Source: Paraspadella gotoi
Taxonomy: Eukaryota > Animalia > Chaetognatha
DNA: 29,566 bases
Direction: 5' to 3'
Assembly (NCBI GenBank): GCA_051294375.1
Contig: JBJCIZ010000183.1
Location: 1-29,566 of the forward strand
The translations under genes and the position numbers were made by a program. The notes under the pieces are model-generated. The model ran no database searches. It was not told the origin of the DNA and saw only the letters and a list, made by a program, of their open reading frames with translations. Positions 20,765 to 29,566 of the stretch are shown here, in pieces (within the stretch, counting starts at the first letter, position 1; each line of letters starts with the position of its first letter).

Positions 20765-23700
20765 GCTGAGGACGCTGGATTGAAGGCGCCGGAGGAGGAT
20801 CTGGAACGGGCGCCGCCGGCGCTGGATCGGCGTCGCTGACTGGAGGAGGCGTGGCGTTTGGAGGGCGGCCACGGCGCGGAGGCGCCGCCGGAACCGTCGG
20901 GGTCGCCGCGTCTTCGGTGAATGGTTTGAGGCGGTCGACGGAGACGTCGTCGATACGGCCGCCGATTTCGAGGCGGAAGGTCTTTTGAGGCGCGTGATAC
21001 GACCCGGAAAGGGCCGTCGTAGACAGGCTGCAAAGGCGTGCGGATGGGGCCGCGTCTCACGAGGACGAAGGGGCACGTCTTGAGTTCGTCGGGAACGTTG
21101 ATGCGCGCGCGGGCGTGGCGCGTGCCGTCGATGGGGCGGAGTGCCTTGACTTCTTCTCGGAGGGTCCGGAGAAACTCGTGTGCCGGCGCCGGGGCGCCGC
21201 TGTCTGGGACAAAATCGGCCGGCGTGGCCAACTCCTCGCCGTAGACGAGCTCAGCGGCAGAGGCGTGGAGATCTTCTTTGAAGGCGGTGCGCAGGCCGAG
21301 CATCACCCATGGGAGTTTGTCGACCCAATCTGCGGCGGCGAGTTTGGCGCGGAGGGCGGCTTTGAGGTCCCGGTGGAACCGTTCCACCATGCCGTTTGCT
21401 TGAGGATGGTACGACGTGGTGTGGTGGAGGTTGGCGCCAAGTGACGCCGCCAGTTGACGCCACAGTTCGGACACAAACTGAGTTCCGCGGTCCGAAGTGA
21501 TGTGGAGGGGCGCGCCGAAACGGGCGACCCAACCGGAAGCGAAGGCGCGCGCCACCGTCACCGCGTTGATGTCCTGAAGAGGAAGCGCCTCTGGCCAGCG
21601 CGTGAAGCGATCGACGACGGTGAGAAGATATGTGAAGGCCTGTCGACGACGGAAGTGGTCCCAACGAGGTCAACACGTGGACGTGCTGGAACCTCTTTTC
21701 AGGCAGGGACGAACGTCCCTCTAGGGCGACGCGACACGTGCGTCCTCACTTTCGCCCGCTGGCAGCGGAGGCCATGACCGCGCCAAGGTGCGGCGTCTTT
21801 CGCCGCGCCCGGCCAACACAAATTTGTTTTTGTAGTACAGGCGGACTTGGAATCTTCCTATTCCAGGGGTGCCGGCCAAGTGAGTGTATGGACGGCGAAA
21901 ACTGTCCGGTCGCCACTCCTTCGGCACCGAGCGAGCCGCGCGACGACCCGTGGAGAACCGTCGCAGAGGATGGGAATCCATCACGAAGTTGCTTGTTGAA
22001 GCGGAGCGCGGAAACTGCGACGTCTGGAGGCGTCGAGATCGTCCGGCGTGCCGTCCGTTTTGGTCCGCCGACCAATTGCTGCGAAGTCGACCCGCCGGGA
22101 ACCGATGACCGGCCTATGACCGTCGTAGCACGGTGATTTGACGAACCGACGCAGAGGGCGTCAGGCGACGACAGTTTGGCTTTCCCGGCGACGTGTTTGA
22201 AGTCCGTCAGTTGAACTCCGAAACGGCCGCGAGCTGATTCGCCCTGGACGCGCGTCTTGGAAGTCGGTCTTCTTTTGATGCGATAGGCCACCAGCGCTGA
22301 CGTAGCGTCCGTGAAGAGCGTGAAGGCGACGACCCTTCGAGGAAAATAACGGAAGTTGAGCGCAGAACGCGAGAGGTGTGCCGCCAGCAAGCTCCCGTCG
22401 TTGAGGGTGGAATATTTCTTTCGGCTGTCGTTTCAGGCGCGCTTGGAGAAAGAAAAGCGAGGAGGCGCCAGCGACCTCGACGACGCTGTTCTGAGACGCC
22501 GCCTGATCGCGAAGTCCGAGGCATCGACCGACTGAGCGCAGGTGGGCGCGCCCGTGACTGTTATAATGGATGAAGCAATCGCGCGCAGTTCAGCGAGGCC
22601 TTTTTTGCTCTCCCGGTTAAACGCTTACCAGTCGGTCTTCAGTCCGAATCGACGATCTTTGGGCTCGTTGTACGACCTTTGAGCAGCCGCGAGAGAGGGC
22701 CATACAGCTCAGCCGCGCGTGGAACAAAACGTTGTGAAAGAAATTCACGCATTTCCGAGGAACCTGTGAAGCTCCCTTGACGGTCTTTGGACGCCGGGGA
22801 ATCCGTTGATCGCGGCCACCCTTGATAGGAAGTGACTGACACCCCGGCGTCGGATTGTGCGTGTGACCCAGGGAAGTCCGAGTGGAGTCTGACCCGGAAA
22901 AGTGCACTTCTCGCGCCTTGATGATCGAGTCCGTGCTCCTGGAGGCGGTCGAAAAGGCGCTTAAAGGTCTTTCCAGGGCTGAGTCCCAATCCCTGGGAGC
23001 GACGAGGGATTGTCGTCGAAGATAGACGAAACAGCTCTGGCCAGACCCCTGCAGACGGAGTCCAATGCAGCCTTGGAAGCATTGGAGCGGCGTTCTTCAG
23101 GCCCGAAGGGCAATGCGGAGGTATTCAGAACGACCAAAGGAGTGATGAATGCGCCGTCTTCGGGATCTTTCTCCGCCACGGGACCCTTGCTGGTACCCCT
23201 TGAGCAAATCGACCTTGGAGAAGACGGTCAATCCCCCGCAAAGGTCGGCCGGAGATAGTCGTGAAGGTGTTTGACGGGATATCGATCGTCCTTGTGGCGG
23301 CGTTGAGGCGTCTTAGTCGCCGCAGGCGCGGGAACTGCCGTCGGGTTCTGGCGACGATGTGAAAGCGGAGATAGCCACGGAGTATAGGACGGCCGGACGA
23401 TTCCGATGCGCTGACAGTTCCCAAACCTCCTTTTGACCGGCCCGAGCTTCTCCGCGCAATCGAAGCGTGCCCTTCGCGAATACCGGATGCCCTTTCGTTG
23501 GGGATGCGATGGAAAACGCCGTGACGAGTGCTTTGGCTTCGAATTTTGGGGGCCGTCAGGTCGGGGTTCGGTCGCGTAGAAGATCTGCAAAAACGTTGGA
23601 GACTGCCAAAGGTGTCAGCTCGGCTGTAGGAAATGGCGCTGGACGTCGCAGCGGATGGCGCCGTCTGACACCGTCTCCGATTCGATCGAGGCGACAGCCG

Positions 23701-25284
23701 CGCGACGTCGACCAGGGTCCCATGGAGGCGCAGAACGTCGGCGCGAGGAGATTGGACGCTTGACTTCAGGCCACGACGAAGTTGCCCGACGAGGCTTTGT
23801 GAGCGCGAGGCGAGAGTGTTCATGGGTGCGGCTTCCGAAAGCCAGCGGCGATGACGATCCCGTTGGCAGCCGCGGGGATGCTGGGACGATTCCCGCTCCG
23901 GTTTGGTCCTGTCCCACGTCGAGGCCGGAAGGAGGCTGACTTCCGCGCCTGGTGTCGACGAGGAAATCCGTGCCGGAGTCGTAGTCTCGCACACGTGAGC
24001 AGGGAGAGCGCCGGTCGCCGCGCTCACTGAGGCAGCCGGCCGTTGTCGTTTCCCGATTTCTTCTTCGTCTTAATTCCCGGCTAACCACCTCCGGCGCGCC
24101 AAGCACAGGGCTCCTGGCAGCCGCGCGGCCTTGGCCGCCGCTGTGGCGGCGAGTGCTCTCAGCAGATGGCGTCGGCTTTGACGTTGCGCACACGCATCGC
24201 GAGAGAATTGGATACCTCCGGGCCGGCGTCGCGGGTTGAAGGACGTCGTCGCGCTCCACCTCGTTGACCGATCGTCGTTGCCGTAGCCACGGTCGAATAT
24301 TTGTCCCGCAGCCTCTCGCCGAGGTCGTCGGCCGCCACCTCGGCGTCTGGGGTGACGTACGAGCTGCGCACTTGACGACGTAAACAAGGGCGTGGGCAGA
24401 AGTCGCGCGCCGATGACGTCGTCCACTTGCACGCCGTCGGCGAGAGCCACGAGCTCGTTGACAAACCTCCTGCGGGCGTTTCCCACCGAGGTTGGACAGT
24501 TGAGAGGCATTTGGCGGCCGCTCGTATCCGGCTTCGTCGCCCGGAAAGGTGTCCAGGAGGCGCCGTTGTTGAGATCGCGTTGAATGCGGAATCCTCGACG
24601 CTCCTCGGCGTCTCCAGTCTAGAAGAAAAAAAGCGGATTTTTGCCGGTCCGCAAGGACCTCCTCGGAGAGCTGCTGTGACGACATCGGAGTCTAGCTTAG
24701 CGCGTGAGCGACGCCGTTAATGCCGCGCGTGGACAATTGACGGCTACGGCGCGGTACACGAACCAGAGTTGAGCGTCATTGGGGCCAAAAATTCTGGCAA
24801 TTTGACGTGAATCGGCCGCAGCAAGGTCGCGGGACGGCGTCTTGCGTCTCCCGGCAGTCGTTGAAGTTGGCGCGGATAGATGGGCTCAAGGATGTCGTTG
24901 TTCGTTGTTCGCCACTATAGGGCATCCCATTAGAAAAGAGCTCACCTTCTTTCCTGAGCCATATGTCTAACATCGAAAAAGCAGGAATCTTCTTTCTAAA
25001 GATTTTATATTCGCAGTCAGCAAAAATAAACAAGAAAGCGTAGAGCGTGAAAAAATACAAATTCTACAGATGGCAAAAAACGATCGAACTCACCTTAACC
25101 GAAGCCACCTCGAATACATTTCAATAAAAAGTAAATACTGATCGGACCTTAACGAGAGCTATCTCGAATAAGCTCTGAAATATTGAAGAAATGTGTTTTT
25201 GTTATTTAGGTAAAGTTCGAATTTAAAGTATTTGAATGTATTTAAAGTACTAGGCCGCCCGATTTAGTTTCATTCGGCAGGTCA
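20765..25284 (-). mobile_element. Gypsy CsRN1-like copy 3 (3' end lost in the gap; very indel-rich beyond ~21600)
   Basis: Integrase at 20930-21600 is nearly identical in protein to copy 1. RH, RT, PR and gag are collinear but riddled with indels. Degenerate PBS near 24917-24929 and a 5' LTR follow. Confidence 0.92.
24931..25284 (-). repeat. 5' LTR of Gypsy copy 3 (indel-rich, boundaries approximate)
   Basis: Collinear with 14847-15183 (ctaacatcgaaaa, gatcggaccttaacgagag, atgtgtttttgttattta, aagttcgaatt, ccgatttagttt). Confidence 0.85.
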
Positions 25285-25569
25285 TATTCATTTATTTATT
25301 TATTACTTATTTCATATTATCAGTGGGAAAAAAAAAATAGATAGTTATTTAAGTTCCAATTCCATTGTTGAAAATACTCAAATAGAAATCACTGCCAAGA
25401 TTAGCAGATTCGAAAAACGAAAGTTTTTAAGATTTTTACAACGATTTTATTACAAATTATAAATGTTAAAAATTTGGATTTTTATCAGTGAATAAACAAC
25501 ATTTAAAAAATTAGGAATGCGGGGGTAAAAGTTGATTTGTAAAGCGTTCCATTTTCTCCATCGATTTAG

Positions 25570-25846
25570 AGCCAACGTGGGAACTTTGGATTTCGTGTCT
25601 GCCTTCTCTTTTCACGGCGATCGACATTCTTCATTTTTCTCCTACGGCTTGGTCTACGCCCACCCGACATCCGGTTTTCAGATGGCGGCGCTCGTCAACA
25701 ATCAGCGCGCCTGTTGCGTGGGAACCAAAGCACCGATCGGGGACTCGGGAGTCTGGCTTCGTTTGGCCGGCGTCGTCGGCGTCGGTTGCGACGCCATCTC
25801 CGAATCGGCGATTCGGAGCAGATTCGAAATTGGAGTCGAGATGTGA
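25570..25846 (+). CDS. Probable last coding exon of a divergent VDAC/eukaryotic porin-like beta-barrel protein
   Basis: Acceptor ttttctccatcgatttag ends at 25569. GC-rich open frame to TGA at 25844-25846. The peptide aligns by eye to the VDAC C-terminus: FSYGLVY~FGIAAKY, ALVNN~AKVNN, GVWLRL~GIKLTL, FEIGVEM*~LGLGLEF. Confidence 0.6.
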
Positions 25847-26142
25847 CCAACTGACCATCCAGTTCCACCTCACATTCACCGCTTTTTCTATTTATTTTTT
25901 ATTTAATTTTTTTTCTTCTGATATTTCAATTATATTAATGATGAGATGAAAGTTATTATCGGCGTTTTTCCTTCCAGTTATCAGTTTTTCAGAGAATTAT
26001 AAGCCTGATCCTAATGAATTTTAATGTCAGGATCAGGATTTTAATATCAGGATGTGAACAAACACAATACTTTGAATCATTTTTTTATAACGGCATTTTT
26101 TCATTTTACTATGACTGTGATTACAAGGTGAGCTCTAGTAAA

Positions 26143-26375
26143 TTTTTAGCCGGATCTGCTTATCAGCAGATGCCAACTCTATAATCCACTTTGTCGGTCC
26201 CCCCCTCAATCTTGTCGGACATTCAACTAAAATCGTGTCAGAACACCGAATTATGATAATTATGCAAAAAAAATGTCCGTCCGTCCAACCATTCGTCTGT
26301 CTGTGCGTCCGTCCCCCTCTCAAATAACTCCAATTACTCGTGATTAGATGGATAGATTGGCATGAAATTTTGTAA
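26143..26375 (+). mobile_element. Helentron-associated/DINE-1-like non-autonomous relic
   Basis: T-run start, then hairpin ATCTGCT-tatc-AGCAGAT (26154-26171), a GTCC/GTCT microsatellite (26275-26314), and tgaaattttg downstream, an architecture typical of HINE/DINE-like repeats. Confidence 0.4.
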
Positions 26376-27329
26376 GTAGGGAGGAAAGTGTGTGATTTTT
26401 TAATTATTCCATTTGTTTTATTTTTGGTTTTATTTATTTTTTTTATTTAAAATACACGTTTTCGTGAAAAAATGAGAGAAACTATAAAAATATGCAATAA
26501 TTTATTTTTTTTTATAGACAAACCGGAAGTAATGTTAATAACATTCAATAAGGTCATAGTTTTTTGTGACCATAATCTGTTTCGCAAAAACTACTGGACC
26601 AAATTTATGGAACTTTGGTATTAACAATCTCTATGTAACTACAAATAAAACTATTGAGGCGAATTTCTATTTTTGACCCCTGAACCGAGATATTAGCCCC
26701 CCGGGGGGTCATCTATAAGGGCAAAAAATGGTAAAAATTTTTCTAAAAATTTTTAAATTATTTTTATTTTGAACAGTTGCACAGACATTTACACTTCCAA
26801 AAAACGTATGTTATTTATTACAAAAAAAATATATTTCATATACAATATATTATATAATATGTATAGTATTATAATATATATTGGTTGTACAATTTCATTA
26901 GTTTAACTTAATTTTCAGGTTTCTTAAATCAGTGGTTCAAATCAAGATTTGGAATAGATTCATGGTAAATTAGAAAACAAGTTTGAGCAAACAATGTCGG
27001 ATCTGCCTACCGATAATTAATTAATTAATGATTAATTAATCAATTAATTTTAATATGTAATAATTAATTTTAAATTTATATTCAACTTATCATCATCGAT
27101 GTCCTTAAATTGGTTAGGACAGTAGTTTATAATATGTTTTGTTTACATTTTATCAAAACAAACAAATATCCTCTATTTTATTTTATGTCTCCTTCTCTCT
27201 CTCTCTCACTCTCTCTCTCTTTATGCAATTGCGACGATCTTTATGCTTTTAAGAGTTCTTTTTAACTTGCATATCATTTTTCACATTAATTATTAATTAA
27301 TTAATTAATTAATTAAAACATTTATTAGA

Positions 27330-29110
27330 ATCATTAATAATAAAGATTCAAGAAAATGTGACTTATTTTTTTTCCATTAAACTCATTTCCACTGCACAAT
27401 TCCGTCAAAACTTTATATAATTATTATATATTAATAAATATTTAAAAGCTTCAGTGCAACAACCCAATAACTAATTCAAAAGTTACATTGAAAATCGATT
27501 TAGTAGAAAAGGAAAAAATTTTTTTAAAGAGAACTATAAGTTATTAAAAATGTTCAAATTTTGGCCCGCCTTATTAGATATTTGCATGTGATTAAACAAT
27601 GTTATCGGAATAATTATTTTTTTTATCAATTTTATGTTTTTGTAAGTATTTTAAGTATTTTTTATTCCAGTGAGTAAATACAACTTTTTTATTTGGCTAA
27701 TTTTAATCTCGGGACTCTCTCTCTTTCTCTCTCCTCTCTCTCCCTCTCTCTCTTTGCAATCTGCGACGATCCTTATGCTCAATTTTTCTGCTTCTTTCTC
27801 TCTCACTCTTTCTCTCCTCTCATTACCGCGCTCACAAAATTTTCATCTCAATCTATTATGGGTTAAAATAATAAAGATATCAAGTAAATGTGACTCATAT
27901 TTTTTTCATTTAAACTCCATTTCCACTCGTACGTTTCCACGAAACTTTAATATCAATGCATCGTTACACACACATTTTTCTACCACACAAAAAATTTGAA
28001 CTCAATCTATCCATCCAATTATGATTAATTAGAGTACTTCATTGGTTTAAAATAGTAAAAAATATTTTCGTAAATGCAACTTATGTTTTTTTTACACACT
28101 TAAACTCATTTTCCACTGCACACGATATCCGTCGAAACTTTATAGTCCAGCTTTATCACATTACACTTTGCCTACTCAACACAAAAAAATTCCATTCCAA
28201 ATCCAACAGCCATCAACGAGGTTATTGAGCTTTTTGCTAAGGTGGGACAGATGGACGGTTGATTGACTTTGATTAATTAATTATTGATTAATTAATTGAC
28301 ATAATTGAATTAATTAACTGATTAATTATTTGAATTTATTAATACAATCCTGCATTTACATTTAAATTATAAAAAAAAGCATAAGTATTAGTGAACAGGT
28401 TTTTGTTTTTTTCGCATTTAAACTGCATGTTCCGCACTCAAAAGAATTCCATTGAAACTTGGTTCCTGTTCATCACACCACTTTTCTACTCATCAATAAA
28501 ATTCCAGGATCAATCGATATTAAGTGGTTTAGATAAGCACTGGTCAACTTGCATAAATTTAATCCAACTTGCAATAATTTGTCAACGTGACATAGATTTG
28601 GTTAACTGACATAGATTTGGTCAACTGGACATAATTTGGATCCAATTAAAGATAATTTGGTCAGCCGGCATAAATTTTGGGATCAACTGGCATATTTATC
28701 AACTGGCATAAGATTTTATCAACTGGCCAATTTGGTCCAACTGGAATAATTTGGTCAAGACAGGCATATTTGGGATCAACTTGCAGACTTGATCAACTTG
28801 CAGAATTTTGTCAACTGGCAATAGATTTGGTCAACTTTAAGAATTTGGATCACTGGCATATTTTGTCAATTTGCATAATTGTCAATCAATCAATGCAAAT
28901 CAATCAATCAGAGAAGAGAATAGAGAGAGAGAAACTTTAAAAATTCAAATTAAATGTGTCTTTTGGTTTTCTCATTTGAACTCATTTCCACTCAAAAACG
29001 GACGATTCCTTTCGAATAACACTTTATATCCAGTCTCAAGATTAGGAGCCTCATGGTATGGGTGTACACTTTCTCTACCATCATTATGCAAAATTTTTCA
29101 AGTCAATTTG
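27330..29110 (+). repeat. Five diverged copies of a ~50-170 bp dispersed unit (core ttaaactcatttccactgcac...tccgtcgaaacttta)
   Basis: Cores near 27377-27416, 27909-27949, 28100-28143, 28417-28460 and 28975-29027. Two units also share an upstream (CT)n-tgcaat-tgcgacgatc-ttatgct block (near 27195-27248 and 27715-27779). Confidence 0.7.
28541..28882. repeat. Minisatellite, ~19-bp unit (ggtcaactggcataattt-like), about 18 diverged copies
   Basis: Directly visible periodic tcaact(g/t)gca...attt units. Confidence 0.9.
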
Positions 29111-29566
29111 CCCCATAGAACTGCGGTGCCACTCATCTGAGGCATTGGCGTTCAAATAGTTGAAATGATATATTTTTTTTGTTTTTTCCATTTAAGAAAA
29201 AGGGCGTCATTCAATTCAACTTCAAAATAGGGCCAAAATGGGGAGAGGTTTAAACAAACATTTTCCCCCAGAAAAGCCATTGAGCTCCTGGCGATTTACC
29301 GAAAATGTATTCACTCTTAAAGCATTTTGATGCATTCTACTCCATTTTATTATCGGTTTTAATTATAATATAAAATTAAGAAACCTATACTGAAGAGTTG
29401 CAGGTCAAACGAGAAAGGCGCAATACCATCTGATATTTTTTATGAAATCTTTTTATTACTACAGAATTAGAAAAATGTAATAGAGAGAACATTTTTTTAA
29501 ATTCAACCTATGTATCTACTTGAAATCGAATACGATTGTTATGAAACACTTTAAACGGCCTAGATT

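Noticed and set aside
15351-21076. Long ORFs containing X runs
   Set aside because: They stay open only because they read through N gaps. The real content is fragments of Gypsy gag and pol.
21600-25284. Ancient decayed copy
   Set aside because: Divergence is dominated by scattered single-base insertions and starts abruptly next to a nearly clean integrase segment, which fits raw long-read error better than age.
28541-28882. CRISPR-like or coding repeat (ORF 28677-28940)
   Set aside because: Head-to-tail ~19-bp units with no unique spacers. The ORF is a by-product of the minisatellite.

Overview
Eukaryotic, probably invertebrate, genomic DNA: AT-rich host sequence with GC-rich LTR retrotransposons, from a gappy assembly with many indels. 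From left to right: (i) 1-3190 is an A-rich(+)/T-rich(-) region with many hairpins, including a 5-copy covarying stem-loop array, and an intact 369-aa minus-strand ORF of unknown function that has an Arg-rich segment and splice signals; (ii) about 3197-10576 is a decayed minus-strand BEL/Pao retrotransposon (triple Cys-His Gag, PR, RT, RNase H, integrase) with no 3' LTR where one would be expected; (iii) 10577-15183 is a complete, young Ty3/Gypsy element of the CsRN1 type (337-bp LTRs differing at 2 sites, 4-bp TSD TTTC, tRNA-Trp-like PBS, PPT, CHCC Gag box, GGGAAAC -1 frameshift site); (iv) 15343-20664 (+) and 20765-~25284 (-) are two further copies of the same family, whose inverted arrangement rests on 100-N scaffold gaps; (v) 25570-25846 is a probable terminal exon of a very divergent VDAC/porin-like gene; (vi) the rest is AT-rich host DNA with a Helentron-associated-like relic, dispersed repeats and a ~19-bp minisatellite. 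The most interesting, still speculative, signal is that the Arg-rich ORF and the hairpin array may form a spliced accessory protein plus RNA response element (Rev/RRE-like) in the 3' region of the BEL/Pao element. All calls were made by eye; no database searches were run.
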